A stretch of 64,000 bases of DNA, taken from the NCBI RefSeq assembly GCF_009914755.1, contig NC_060947.1; one strand, given 5' to 3'. The notes below the pieces were generated by a model. The model was not told where the DNA came from and searched no databases. It was given only the letters and a program-made list of their open reading frames with translations. The DNA comes from the human T2T-CHM13v2.0 reference genome, Homo sapiens. A program made the position numbers and the translations under genes. How positions within the stretch are numbered: the stretch's first letter is position 1; every line of letters starts with the position of its first letter. Below, piece by piece: positions 16,723-32,800 of the stretch.

Positions 16723-18985
16723 AGCATGACATTCTCTATTAAGTAATCTCTGTATCCCATAAATACAGGAGTTTACTGAAACATTCACTAAATCCATGTT
16801 AAAAATCCATTTTACTAAAACATGTCTCCCTTTATATTAGCTGGTCATTCAGGTTTTGCTAACCCCTGTGTTTCCATGTGAGTAGTACAACATTCATTTG
16901 CTGTATGATGTAATTGAGCACTCACACTCATTTTCAAATAGAAACTGAATGATTTTTTTAGAGAAATCTGTGTTCGTGTCCCATAAAACCCAAATGCAAC
17001 TTCTCTGTAGTCTCAGTAAATTAGCATGTAAACAATGTTGTTAAACTGTAATTCATGCTTTTTATAATCTACCAGATATGCTGCTTTTTTGTTGAAATTA
17101 TTATTTTCATTTTGCAAATGTAGGGGTTTTTTTTTTGGTCTTGCAACTGAGCAGCTGTAAAAGGCTCTTTGTTTTAAGAATACACTGCCACACTTTATTT
17201 TTTTTTGTTTTGTTCCCAGGAAAATCATACACATAGATTGTATTGAAGACACCAGCAGGCTGTGTGAGATGACTTTTGTCCAGGTTCTGAATTCAGAATT
17301 CAGATGATTGTCAATCACTTGAAAACTGTCACCCACAGCCCAGTATATGAAAGAAGGAAAGTTCTTCACTATATGACTTGAAAATATTGAGTTCAACTGT
17401 TCATAAAAAATGCAAAAGTTTCGGTTTTACAGATATCAAAATCAAAATTCCAGTGTTCTTTTCTAAATTAGATATAATTTGCATTGTTCTTTCATAAACT
17501 TTCAAGTACTCAAAATATTTTTCCCTGAGATGCAGCTATCTTGTTTTTCTAAATGCAAGATGCCTTTAGAAATCCATGATTGAGCTTAATGAGAAATTTG
17601 TATGGTGAATCAGCCACAAAAAACAGCTGCAAAAATCCATATAGTATGAGGCTGATGGAGAGAATTAAAACATATTTTTAAAGCTGAAAAACAATTATAT
17701 GAAGTAACTAAAGGCATTTAAAGTCTATAATGTATGCTATGATGTAAAACACTTGTCTCTAGTTGGTATTAGAAGATATCTAGGAATGGTAATTAGGTCA
17801 AGACACAGACAGGGCACCACTAATTAGAGTGCAGTTTTATATAAATAATCAAATCTAAGGTATTTTTCTAATGCTTTATTGATGGAGCCATTTGATAGGA
17901 TCTCAACAGAAGAATGGGAGGAACTCTTGATATAGTTTTTGCTACTGAAACTTGTGGACTTAATACAATAGGAACAATAAAAATTTCTGAAGAGCTCTTT
18001 TCATCATCATGGTTGACAGAGATCATGCCTCAGGCAATTGGCCTTGATGTCTTTTTCTTTGCCAGGTGTAAATGTATTTGTGGTATGCTTCTTGAAAGAT
18101 CATCCTGAATACTAGTTCAAGTATTTTCTGCCTAACCTCCATTTATGAGGTCTCAGTATTAGCTAATGTGTGATATAAGGACACAGGGAGTCAGTGGGGT
18201 CAAGTAGTCATAGTGCGGCCTAAGAATACTGCTAGGCTTTCTGGGTGGTTTATTGATTTTCTTCTGAGAAAACCAGAGATGACTTGGTGGTCAAGCCAGT
18301 GTCTACATAAGAGCAGAGTCATGAGGACAGATTCAGGAACTTAGATGCAGAGAAAAGTCAGATCACTGTGGGCTGCCATACCTGTTCATGGCAACAACCT
18401 CAGCACTACTTGTTCTGTGAGGCAAGGCTAAGCGTCCAATGACAGTGATGTAATTTTACTTATCACTTGTGTGCTTAGTTCATTCACAAGTGCAGTACTA
18501 AGTGCCGTATAATAATGATTGTGCATAGACTGAGTTTCTGTCTTCTGGTTGCTTTCAACTACACCCAGAAAGTGTTTCCTATTGGCTCAAGTACTCCAGT
18601 CTCTTAATCAAATTACTGTAATTCCCACAAATTACACGACTCACTGCTTTTTTCTTTTTTTGGGTATTCACTCTTGTGTAGTTCTGTCTCACAATAATAT
18701 ATTTGTCTAATGAGATTGTTATCTTCTTGAAAGTATGGATCTTATAGTTATTTTGTACCTTTCATAGTGCACAAAATAACAATGACCTGACTTAGATCCA
18801 CTGTTCCAAGCATGTAGCACATTCAGTAATTGTCCCAAATTTTCATTTTCAATGAAATATCATCATTAATGATTGTATGAAAATTAGTAATGATGGGTTT
18901 GGTACCTCCACTTTGTATCTCCAGCTTCTACCATGACCTCATCAAGTAATGTGTGAGGTGCACTTACGATATGCAGAGTTCTCAC

Positions 18986-19282
18986 TTTTTTTTTTTTAAA
19001 GACAGGATCTCGCTCTGTCCCCCAGGCTAGAGTGCAGTGGCACCATCACAGCTCACTGCCACCTCGATCCTCCAGGCTCAAGTGATCCTCCTACCTCAGC
19101 CTCCTGAGTAGCTAGGACTACAGGCACATGCCACCGTGCCTGGCTAAATTTTAAAAAATTTTTGTAGAAACAAGGTCTTTCTATGTTGCCCAGGCTGGTC
19201 GCAAACTCCTGGCCTCAAGCCATTCTCCCGCCTCAGCATCCAAAAATGCTGGGATTACAGGCATGAGCCACCATTCCCAGCC
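18986..19282 (-). mobile_element. AluJ
   Basis: Dimeric Alu with J-type features; TSD agagttctc(a/g)cttt at ~18975 and ~19283. Confidence 0.93.
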
Positions 19283-19749
19283 AGAGTTCTCGCTTTAATG
19301 TCTGGTTAAATTGGCAAGATGGCCAGGTAGAGACTAGCTCTTTGTTCATCCCAACCCTTTCCATATCCACCATAGCTGATGCCTCCCTTTCAAAAACAAC
19401 ACGCAAGGGCCCTCACTGGAAAAGCAAAATGTGCTCAGAAAGGAGCAGCTATGGACAGATAAATTGTTCCAGTCTTCAGTGGTGATGAGAGAAGAATTCA
19501 CTGTTTCTTTTTCTACCAGCCATTTTAGGTAGCTGGGAGTTGCTCTGTGGCCAGGATCCCAAACTCAAAAGATGGATGGAGATGTCACATTGCCAGTCAG
19601 TGAGATGCATAGAAATAATAGCTTAGATGTATGTGAAATATTTACAGGAAATAAAAGCTGAATGGTCCTGCTATGGAGAATATAGAAAGAAGTCTGGTTA
19701 TTCTTCCTACAATGAGTTTGTTAATTCCTGTATACTGAAAGCCTACAAA

Positions 19750-20632
19750 TGATACAGAAGGGAAATGCTGGGTAGAGGAGGGCATGGTCCCTTTAAATGA
19801 TATGGAAGTGGGGAAGGGAAGTGCTTGGTGGAGGAGGGCAGGGTCCCTGGTTAGGGCTCCACCCCACTGGGCCTGTGCCCATGTACCTGAGGACAGGCAT
19901 TTTTGTTTTCCTGCCCAAATGTGGCATTTCCCAAGACTTCCCCTGGTCTGCCATAGCCCCATCCTGTGCCTATAAAAACCCCGAGACCCTAGCAGGCATA
20001 CACACAAGCTGCTGGACCTCAAGAGGAGAAGATTGGCGGAAGAAGACACAGGTGGCTGGATGTCCAGAGGTGCACATCAGCGGAGGAACACACAGGTGGC
20101 TGGACGTGGAGAGGGGCACATTAGTAGGCCCTGACAGGCTGGCAGGCCACCGACAGGCAGAACAACGTGGAATCTGGCTGGGGCAGTCGGAGGAGAGCCC
20201 AGGCTACTGAGTGGCCTGACTCCGGGGGAAAACCATCCCCCTTCTGGCTCCCCCAACTGCTGAGAGCTCCCTCCAGTCAATAAAACCTTGCACTCATTTT
20301 CCAAGCCCACGTGTGATCTGATTCTTCCAGTACACCAAGGCCAGAACCTCGGGATACCGAAAGCCTTCTGTCATTGTGATAAGGAAGGGAGTCTAATTGA
20401 GCTAACACAAGCCACCTATGGGCGGCTAAACTAAAAGAACATCTGTAACACATGCCCACTGGGGCTTCAGGAGCTGTAAACACTCACCCCTAGACACTGT
20501 CGTGGAGTCGGAGCCCCACAGCCTGCACATCTGTATGCTCCCCTAGAGGTTTGAGCAGCGGGGCACTGAAGAAGCGAGCCACAACGCCATCTCACATCCT
20601 GCAAGGAGGACTAGAAAACTTTTCCCATTTCA
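19750..20632 (+). mobile_element. Solo ERV1 LTR (LTR1-like)
   Basis: TG...CA termini; 4-bp TSD caaa (19746-19749, 20633-20636); TATA-like cctataaaa near 19970 and AATAAA near 20279. Confidence 0.88.
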
Positions 20633-20679
20633 CAAAGATGTATACAATTTATCATTTGCAACACTTGTTATACATGGAA

Positions 20680-21640
20680 GAGGTATAAATTCTGCCCATT
20701 TTAGCAGCAGCCTTATGCATTCCAGAGGTATGTGGTATATGTTCTATTAACACCGAGGAAGGAAAGAATAATTGCACCAGGAATGGCAGGGCATTTCAAT
20801 TTGAAAAAGACTTCACAGAGAGGATGCTGTTGATCCAATTCTTGAAGGACAAATATTAGTTTAACAAGTGGACTAGAGGGCTAGATACATGTAGATACGA
20901 AATAAAATGATGTGTTACGAGAATTGAGTTATTTCATCATCTTGCAGCATGGGATGTTTGTAGAAAACTTCAGGAGATGAGGCTTGAAAGGTCAAGCAGT
21001 GATTAAACAGCTATGTCAAATTCAGGAATTTGGCGCCATTTAAATACTTCATGCAAGGGAATAATATGATCATATTTTAGATAGATCTCTGGCAGCAGTA
21101 TAGAAAATATATTAAAATGAGAGTCTGAAGGTATAGATTTCAATTAAAGGTTTGTACAATTCCAAGTAATGTTGAAGGCCTGAATTAGAATTGTAACAAT
21201 AGGTACGGAGAGGAGTGAATAAATCTGAGAGATAGTTAGGAAGTAAAATCTACCAAAATAGATGACCTACTCATTTTAGGGTAAAGCAAAGAGAAAAATT
21301 AAAAATGACACTGAAGTTGATAGCCTGAATAATAGGGCAGGTGGTAAAGTTTTCAAGTGAAACACAGAGCTCAAACAAGGGAGCAGTTTAGGAGAGATAT
21401 GGAGAAATTTTATGAAATTTGTTCCTGGGCCTTTGAGATTTAGGTGTCAGTGGGCCATCCAGCAGAGCTGTGTTGTCTGTCATTGAAAATGTCAGTTCAA
21501 TGTACTAGAGGGTACCCTGGGAGGTGGCAGAATAAGAAGAGATGTGGACTACACATGGATTCCTGAGGACTACTAAAATTTAAGGGCATGGTGGAAGAGA
21601 AAATGTTATTATCATATTCTAAGAAGAAAAGAAATATATG
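20680..21640 (-). mobile_element. L2 LINE fragment
   Basis: Purine-rich L2 antisense pattern (ggagatgaggcttgaaagg, tttagatagatctctggcagcagt, gagagatagttaggaagtaaaatc). Confidence 0.65.
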
Positions 21641-22194
21641 ATTCCTTCTTATTTCTCCTGATCTGCTGAAGTACGGGTGTTTCAGTGAGAGATAGTCTGG
21701 TTAGTGACCAGATAGTCCCTACATTTAGACAAAATTTAGCTATTTCTAGTACACACAATCTTCAATTAAGGCTTTTAATAGAAATTTCAAACTAAAAGAG
21801 AATTGAGCTTAATTTGAGCAAGCCATGGATAAATTATAAACATATTTACTAAGTAGATGTGAGTTTATCATTTCAACTCTTTATTTTCATAAAGGTGTTT
21901 TCTTAAATCACTATGGGAATTAGTTCTGTGGGTGAGGTTGACTACATAAGGATCATAGATCTATTCTTGTCTCATCTTCTGTCTTCATTTCCCTTTTCTT
22001 TATATACACATTTCTGTGTGTGTGTGTTTCAGTGGCTTTTAAATTTCCCTTGCAATTTAATCAATATCACTTTCTGTTATTAGCATTATTATATAATGAC
22101 ATATTATCTTATTAGCCTTTATGTAAAGCTTAATAAAGACAATTTTATTTTTTTCAACACTCTTGCACTGCCGTATATTTTTCTATCTCTTCTT

Positions 22195-22511
22195 TTTTAA
22201 AGAGATGGAGTTTTACTCTATCACCCAGGCTGGAGTGCAATGACGTGACCATAGCTCACTGCAGCCTTGAATTCCTGGGCTCAAGCAATCCTCCTGCCTC
22301 AGCCTCCCACATAGCTAGGATTACAGGCATGTACCAATATGCCTGGCTATTAAAAAATAAATCTAAATACTGGGTCTCGCTTTGTTGCCCATGCTGGAGT
22401 GCAGTGGTGGATCATAGCTCACTGTAACCTTGAATTCCTGGACTGAAGTGATCCTCCTGCTTCAACCTCCCAGGTAGCTGGAACTACAGGCACATACCAC
22501 TATGCCTGGCC
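22195..22511 (-). mobile_element. Tandem pair of Alu right-arm (FRAM/FAM-like) monomers
   Basis: Both halves contain the right-arm-specific ggagtgca(a/g)tg...catagctcactg segment; decayed direct repeat actgccgtatatttt / actgacatatatttc flanks the pair. Confidence 0.8.
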
Positions 22512-23489
22512 ACTGACATATATTTCTGTGTATCTTTCCCTTTCAGCAGAACACAGTTATTGCTCTGCAGTAAAATCATGTTGTTTTTCATTTACCACAA
22601 CCATCTGCCACTTTTCTTTGGTCTACACTTGCTAGTACCTCATCTCCTGTGCTGTTCCTGCTATACTCTGAGCTTACCCTATCCCTCTGTGCTTGGTCAC
22701 CCTCATTTTGTGCTGCCAGTATCCTCACGAAATGCTACAGAGCAGTTCTACTCTCTGCGGTTTTTTCTTGAATAATTCTGCACTGCTTATTTGGACAAAG
22801 AACTGGCTTCTTTGTAGATAACCATAGAATGACCACTTTTCAAGTGAAAAATTCACATGCATACATATAAACATGCTACACATATGCACACACACATACA
22901 TACACATAACAATTTATGGCACTTTATGATATCCTCACATACCCAACGTGCAAAAATATCATCTTGGTGCTTTTTAAGAGTTTATCTTTATACTGCCTCT
23001 TGTGAGTTGAATGAGCATTTTTTGGTGTGATACTGAGTATAAAAATAAATAAGGAAGGTTTAAAATTAGGAATATAAATCAAAATGCTTATAATTTTCAA
23101 TATGTAATTAGAATAAATCTCACTTCATTAATCAGAATCATCAATGACATCTCATGCACTTAGAAATATGAACAAAGGAATGCTTTTAGAACAGGTACCA
23201 GAAGTCTTAAAATTAGAGCTATGAAAGAAGCATAAAAATGTAAATTTCCCTTTACTTTGTCAACATAGTGTGTCTTCTTTGCAAGAATTAATCATTCCTG
23301 TAATCCTATTTCAGTGCCCTGATATCCATGTGTCATTGAGTCTGAAAGGCTTTCATTTAGAAGGGCATATAAATTTTGGTACATAATGTTATATGGTATA
23401 AAGTTGTTACCAACTATATCTTTATATAATGCCAAACAAGTGGTCACTTTATTGGGAAATCAATCAATATGACTCTTTGAGTGTAGGTA

Positions 23490-23735
23490 AAAAATATCAT
23501 TAATAACAATGGCTTACATATTTTATATGTAGCACTTCATTCTCTTTAAAGCCTTTTCAAAAATAATCTCTGATTTGCTTCTAATCAATCCTATGAAGGG
23601 GCAGGATAGGTAATACTATTATCAATTCAAAGATAAGAAAACAATTATGTCCATAGGTAACTTAACTGGATTTACACAAAGTTCAAAGTCAATGTTTTCT
23701 GACTTGTAACCTGATGATTATTATTTCAGATCCAG
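23490..23735 (-). mobile_element. MIR SINE
   Basis: aatcctatgaaggggcagg...attatcaattcaaagataagaaaac pattern. Confidence 0.55.
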
Positions 23736-23789
23736 AGCCATAAACTGGGGCATGGAAGAATTCTGTTATATCACATTATTTTATAAATG

Positions 23790-24580
23790 AATTACATAAG
23801 GATATAGGTAAAGCTGAGAATTTTAACTAATAAAATTGCAGAATTGGAACCAAAGAAGGGTAAAATCTAAGAGGTTGATGTTTTCCCGGGAAAAAATGAA
23901 AGGTTTTATACTTGAAACCATAAAACGAAACAATATACAACTTTACCAGTATAGAACTTAAAAAAAAGCCAAAAAACCTTCCAATCATATTTACTAGTTT
24001 TAATGAAATGTAAGTTCCGTATGAGTCAAAAGAGGAATTAATGTGATCGGAAAACCTAATGTGATACAAAACTTCATCTGCAGAATTAAAAAACCTTAGG
24101 ATGAGCAATATTATGTATTCATTCCATTCTGTCCTGATGGACACATATGGAAAACTCTTCATTTCTAGGCTCTATTCTTGAAGAGAAGGCACACCAGTAT
24201 GTGTTCAGACAAAAAGCAAGGAGGATCTAAAATATTCATAGTATATTAAAGTAGTTGAAGTAACTAGAAAGTTCTTTACATATTTACAGATATGTAATGT
24301 GCAAGATGAATTAAAATGGTTCTGTTTTGCCCAGAGAATATAAATAGGTTCAATGATGGAAAAACTAAAATAGAAACGGATTTCAGCTCAACAAAGGAAA
24401 CATTTTCAAAAAATTAAAGGTCTTCACAAATAGAATGAGTTGCATGTTGGAGTGTTCATGCCGAGGTACAGTGACCACTAGGCAGGAATACACAAGGGAT
24501 ATCAAACTATTTATTTGTGGGTTGGACTGGGAAAACTGATTTCTTCAATCTACAAAACATCATTCTCTCAGAGAATCTAA
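23790..24580 (+). mobile_element. L3/CR1 LINE 3' fragment
   Basis: CR1-like motifs gttctgttttgcccagag, gatttcagctcaacaaaggaaacattttc, gggttggactgg and terminal gaatcta. Confidence 0.7.
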
Positions 24581-26319
24581 AGTATCTTACTTATTATTCT
24601 TAGAATGTGTCAAATTTTGTATCAAAGCAATCTCCAGTATAGGGCCCATTCATAAAAATCTATGCCAGCTCCTTGAGGTCAGCTCCCTGAGGTCATTAAA
24701 TACTTTGTTAGATACCCTATGGCATGGGAAATTGTAAGTAATCCACAAATAATTTGGAGGTCTGTTATTCTAAGTGGAAAACAGTGATAGTGGAGCACCA
24801 TTTCGCCCCACAAATCTAAATGAGACATCTCTCCCTGAGTTGAGTGTAATCAGCCCACTTTCTATCCTGACTAGGAGGCTGGGAGAATCGAGCTAATGGA
24901 GTAAATTTTTGTGTTGTGTTGTTTTTTACTTTTAATACATTTTTCTCTAGGGCCATGATTCATCATCAACACAAAAAACCAACAAGGAAGTCTTTGAATA
25001 GAGCTAAGTAATGATATTTAATTTTCACTTGCTCCGTTAAATATTCATATACTTTAAAACAATGGCTGAGAAAATAAAGATTTTTTTATTTTAATGATTT
25101 TTTAAAAACCCATTGGAGCAAGCCACTATATGACTATTATAGAGCACTTCCAGTGCTTTCAAAATATATTTCATTGTAATAATCTATTTACTTCTATTAG
25201 ATTTAAATCAAGGTCGGTGAATCTTCTACAGATTGCTTCATGATTAAAGATCCTATGAGGATCAGTAATGATAATCTTTTACACTTCATTTATGTTCATT
25301 CAAAGAAATGATCTCATGCCAGAAAACGAAGTCATTGGCTCTGTGTTTTGGGCTAAAAAATGAATAGCCTGATTATACCATTAGTAGTATATATGCAATT
25401 TACATCAGACTGAATATTTCATGTAACATTTCAAAGCATTGAATATAGCCTTTAAAAATTGTTTATTTGATTTTACTAGCTTTTAATACTCATTTCCTTC
25501 ATCAATATTTACTTGTATGTAAAATAATACATAAGATATTAGGAAACTTCTAAAACCCAGAGAAATACTGACAATTTCCATGCATACAAATTAGCTTCAC
25601 AAAATTGGTTGAATTCCAAAAATCAAGTTAAAGCAACTTATTAATGTCAACCCACTAGTTATAAAAATTCTCTCTACCACTATACATATTCCTAAACATA
25701 GAAATGCAAATTTATGTAAATGTATATGCATATGCATGTGATATATATAACACAAAAATCCCTAAATCTGTTTCTTCAATTTTGTTGCTCATACTGCATG
25801 TAGACCATTGTGTGTCAGCTGTAGCTCAACTCCATGTACCATCTCATTCTGAAATCTAAGCTAAGGGAGATTACCCTGTGAGATATGCTGTTCTTGTAGC
25901 AGATTGCAAATGGTACAAGTCTTGATGCTTTTTTGTTCTAAAATGAACAGGTATGATTTTTGCAAACTGACAATGTAAACAAAGGGTTTTTTTTTTTTAA
26001 GAGAAGGCTAATTTTCTTTTTCCCAAGAGAACATGGCTAGAATGGAATGATGTAAAGATATTGTAATCTTAATGTGTGACAATCCAGGATTCAAATACAA
26101 GTAGGATTTGGAATGGAATCATTTATAAAAGGTGACAAAAGTGCCAAAATTAATCAGGGACCCTTTGGATATTCCAGTGAATATGGCACACTGACTAGCC
26201 CCCAGGATTGTTCCAGTCTCTTTTGCAAGAGTGTCAATATAGTGAGGAGAGGTTTCCATAGCTTGTCCAATTCTCCCATGTTAAAAAAAAACTAATAATA
26301 TCTTGACTTTATATGGTAT

Positions 26320-26813
26320 TTTTAGTAGACTTTTCATTCAAGTGTAATGTACAAGAAGAAAATTATACAAATTCTAAGTGTACAGCTTGTTGGATTATCA
26401 CCAAATGAGCACACTTGTATAACCAATACCTTGTATAACCAATACTCAGATGAAAAAATAGAACATCACGAACATCTCAAAAGCTCCTTTTCTGCCACCT
26501 ATCAAGAATTAACCATTTTCTTCTTCCCCAGAGGAAACTACAATCCACACTTTGCTGTCATAAATTAATTTTGTCTGTTTTTGAACCGTATAGAAATGAA
26601 ATCATATAGTAAGTATTAACTTTCATCTGGATTCCATAGCTCAACATTATGGTTGTGAGATTCACTCATAGTTGTTTCATGTAGTAGTGATTTGTCTATT
26701 TTCATTGCTGTATAGTATTCTATTATATGGATATGCCACAATTTATCTGTTCTGCTATTGACAGATAGTGAATTGTTTCCAAATTTGGCTATCATGAATA
26801 ACGCTATTATGAT
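26320..26813 (-). mobile_element. Ancient L1 (L1ME-like) 3' end; continues at 34447
   Basis: gtgagattcactcatagttgtttcatgtag...cattgctgtatagtattc; collinear continuation after the nested inserts. Confidence 0.7.
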
Positions 26814-26950
26814 CATAGGCAAATATACCATGAAGATGATGAAGATTAAGCTTCAGGTCTCCTCACTTGTACACACCTCCTTAAGGGCTAGTGTTGCTAC
26901 AATGCGTATGATATTCTGTATAGAAAGGAGAAGTCATAACCTATGAAATA
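26814..26950 (+). mobile_element. hAT DNA transposon left end (MER69/Arthur1-like)
   Basis: cataggcaaatataccatgaagatgatgaagattaagcttcagg resembles the recalled consensus start; matching right end near 34446. Confidence 0.5.
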
Positions 26951-26964
26951 TGTCTATGAGAGCA

Positions 26965-27203
26965 GTTCTTTTTTGTGGCTACATAGGTGTATATATTTAG
27001 AGGGTACATGAACTATTTTAATACAGAAATGCAATGTGTAATAGTCATATTATGGGAAATGGTCTATCCAGCACTGCAAACATTTTATGCTTTATGTTAC
27101 AAACAATTAAATTATACTCTTCTGGTTATTTAAAAATGTACAATCAAATTATTATTGACTGTAGTCACCCTGTTGTGGTATCAAATACTAAGTCTTATTC
27201 ATT
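26965..27203 (-). mobile_element. L1MA 3' end
   Basis: L1MA-type 3'UTR: tacataggtgtatatattta...gactgtagtcaccctgttgtg. Confidence 0.75.
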
Positions 27204-29326
<2,123 letters not shown>

Positions 29327-29854
29327 TATAGAACTCTCCACCCCAAATCAACAGAATATACATTCTTCTCAGTGCCACATGGTACTTATTCTAAAATTGA
29401 CCACATAATTGGAAGTAAAACACTCCTCAGCAAATGCAAAAGAACTGAAATCATAACAACAGTCTCACAGACCACAGTGCAATCAAATTAGAACTCAAGA
29501 TTAAGAAACTCAGTCAAAAACCACAAAATTACATGGAAATTGAACAAACTGCTCCTGAATGACTCTTGGGTAAATAATGAAATTAAGGCAGAAATCAAGA
29601 AGTTCTTTGAAACCAATGAGAACAAAGAGAAAATGTACCACAATCTCTAGGACACAGCTAAAGCAGTGTTAAGAGGCAAATTTATAGCACTAAATGCCCA
29701 CTACATATAAAGCTAGAAAGATCTCAGATTGACACCCTAATATCACAATTAAAAGAGCTAGAGAAGCAAGTGGAACAATTTCAAAAGCTAGCAGAAGACA
29801 AGAAATAACTAAGATCAGAGCAGAATTGAAGGAGATAGAGACAGAAAAAACCCT
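29327..29854 (+). mobile_element. Inverted L1PA ORF2 endonuclease segment
   Basis: ORF 29240..29491 switches to sense ORF2p ([26 protein letters not shown]). Confidence 0.9.
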
Positions 29855-29859
29855 AATAG

Positions 29860-32800
29860 ATATAAATATATCAATTAGGTCCATTTGGTCTATAGTGAAG
29901 ATTAAGTCTGATCTTTGTTGATTTTCTGTGTGGAAGATGTGTCCAATGCTGAAAGTGGGGTGTTGAAATCTCCAGCTATTACTGTATTGGGGTCTATCTC
30001 TCACTGTAGCTCTAATAATATTTGCTTCATATATCTTTGTGCTCTAGTATTGGGTGCATATATATTTACAGTTGCTATATCCTCTTGCTGATGTGACCCT
30101 TTTATCATTATATAATGACCTTCTTTGTCTATTCTTACAGTTTTTGTCTTGAAATCTATTTTGTCTGATACAGAAATAGCTATTCTCACTCTTTTTTTTT
30201 TTTTTTTTTTTGGATTTCATTGGCATGGAATATCTTTTCCCATCCCTATATTTACAGTCTATGTGTATCTTTATAAGTAAAATGTTTTCCTTGCGGGCAA
30301 CAGGTCATTGGGGCTTGCTTTTTTATCCATTCAGCCATCTACATCTTTTTATTGGAGAGTTTACTCCATTTATATGTACTGTTATTAGAAAAAGTAAGAA
30401 CATACTTATGCCATTTTGTATTTGTTTTTCTTGTTGTTTTTTGGTCTTCTCTTCCCTCTTTCCTTATTTCTTGTCTTCCTTTTAGTAAAGGTGATTTTTA
30501 TCTGGTGGTATTGTTAATTTCTTGCTTTTTATTTTTGTGTATTTGTTGTATGATTTTTGATTTGAGGTTACCATGAGGCTTACAAATACAATTTTATAGA
30601 CCATCATTTTAAACTGATGACAACTTAACAATCAATGTATAACCACACAAACAAACAAGCAAAAAGAAAACTTATAAAACACTTGATATTTGTCACCCTG
30701 CTTTTTAACTTTTTATTGTTTCTCCTTATGTCTTACTATACTGTTTATGTCTTGAAAAGTTGTTGTAGTTTTTATTTTTGATGGCTTCATTGTTTGGTCT
30801 TACTACTTAAGATAAAAGTAGTTTATACACCATGCTTACAAAGTGATAATATTCTGTGTTTTTCTCTTTGCTATTACCAGTGAATTTTCTACCTTAATTT
30901 CTTATTGATCATTACGCTCATTAACATGTTTTTCTTTCAGATTGAAGAACTCCCTTTAGCATTTCTTGTAGGACAGGCCTTATGTTCATAAAATCCCTCA
31001 GATTTTGTTTGTCTGGGAAGACATGTTTCTCCTTCATGCTTGAAGGACATTTTTTCTGGATGTACTATTCTGGCATGAAAGTTTTTTTCCTTCAGCATTT
31101 GAAATACACCATGCCACTCTCTCCTGGCCCATAAGATTTCCACTGAAAAGTCGGCTGCTGGATGTATTGGAACTCTATTGTATGTTACGTGTTTCTTTTC
31201 TCTTGCTACTTTTAAGATCCTTTTCTTATCTGTGACCTCTGAGAGTTTGATTATTAAATGCCTTGAAGTAGTCTTCTTTGGGTTAAATCTGTTTGGTGTT
31301 CTATAACCTTCTTGTACTTGAATATTGATATCTTTCTCTAGGTTTGGGAAGTCCTCTGTTATTACTCCTTTGAATAAACTTTCTAATTCTCTTTCTCTCT
31401 ACCTCCTCTTTAAGGCCAAAAATTCTTAAATTGCCCTTTTGAGGCTATTTCTAGATCTTGTAGGTGTGCTCCCTTATTTTTTCTCCTCTGACTGTGCAAT
31501 TTCAAAAAGCTTTTTTTTCAAGCTCACTAATTCTTTCTTTTGCTTAATCAATTCTGCTGTTAATGGACTATGATGCATTCTTCAATATGCCAATTGCATT
31601 TTTCAGCTCCTGAATTTCTGCTTCTTTTCAATTATTTCATTCTCTTTGTTAAATTTATCTGAGGGAATTCTGAATACATTCCCTGTGTTCTCTTGAATTT
31701 CTTTTAGTTTCCTCAACACAGCTATTTTGAATTCTCTGTCTGAAAGGTCACATATCTCTCTTTCTCCAGGATTGGTCCCTGGTGCCTTATTTAGTTCATT
31801 TGGTAGTGTCATGTTTTCCTGAATGATTTTGATACTTTTAGATGTGTTTCAGTGTCTGGATATTGAAGAGTTAGATGTTTATTTCAGTCTTTGCAGTGTG
31901 GGCTTATTTGTGCCTACCCTTTCTGGGATGGCTTTCCAGGTATTCAAAGTTTGAATTTGGGCCCCAAACTCAATAAGACTTTGGTTATTGCAGGCTCATA
32001 GAGGTACTTCCATGTTGGTCTTGAATAAGATCTAGAAGAATTCTCTGGATTACCAGGAAGAGACTCTTGTTCTTCTCCCTTATCATCTCCCAAACAAATG
32101 GAGTCTCTGTCTCTGTCCCTAGCCATCTGCAACTGGAGATTCAGGGACACAAACACCTCTGTGACCACATAAACACCACTGAAACTGCCCCGATTTAGAC
32201 CTGAAGCCAACACAGCACTGGGTCTTGTCCAAGGCCCATTGTAACTATTACCTGACTACCACTTATGTTCACTCATGGTCCTAGTGCTTTACAGTCAGCA
32301 GGTGGTGAAGCCAGCCAGTTTGAGTCCCTCTGTTAGAGGTGGTGACTTTTCCCAGGCCCTGGGTGTGTCCAGAGATGCTGTCTGGGAGCCAGGGATTGGA
32401 GTAAAAAAAACTATTAGAAATTTACTCTATGTCCTATTCTACTGTGACTAAGGTGGCACTCAAACAACAAGACAAAGTCCTTCCCGCACTTCCCTCCCCT
32501 TTCTGCCAGGACACAGCTGATGTTCTCTTAAGGCCGAAGGGCTCTTTAATCAGTTTTTGCTGCCAGGCCTGAGACTCACCTTTCAGGGCAGGGCCCCCAC
32601 CCTCTGGCCTAAGGCAGTTTCATAGATTCTGACCAAGAGTGTAGACATAGACTCAGGGACTCCAAGAATCTGCTTGGTGCTCTACTCCATTGTTGCCAAG
32701 CTGGTACCTAAAGTGCAAGACAAAGTCCCCCTTACTTTTCCCCCTGATTTTCTCAAACAGAAGTAGTCTTTCACCATAGCCAACATAGGTGGGAATATGC

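Noticed and set aside
17221-17238. KIIHID peptide resembling the Y-family polymerase N-terminal motif
   Set aside because: Only six residues and the frame stops after 28 codons; chance similarity.
17013-17396. 127-aa minus-strand ORF in unique DNA
   Set aside because: Non-ATG start, runs through homopolymer tracts, no recognisable domain.
19750-19860. ~48-bp duplicated start of the LTR
   Set aside because: Probably intrinsic to this LTR subfamily; a single TSD bounds the element.
19642-20483. Cluster of overlapping ORFs up to 137 aa
   Set aside because: GC-rich LTR sequence; no gag/pol/env motifs.
26413-26444. 16-bp tandem duplication cttgtataaccaatac
   Set aside because: Ordinary slippage duplication within a decayed L1.
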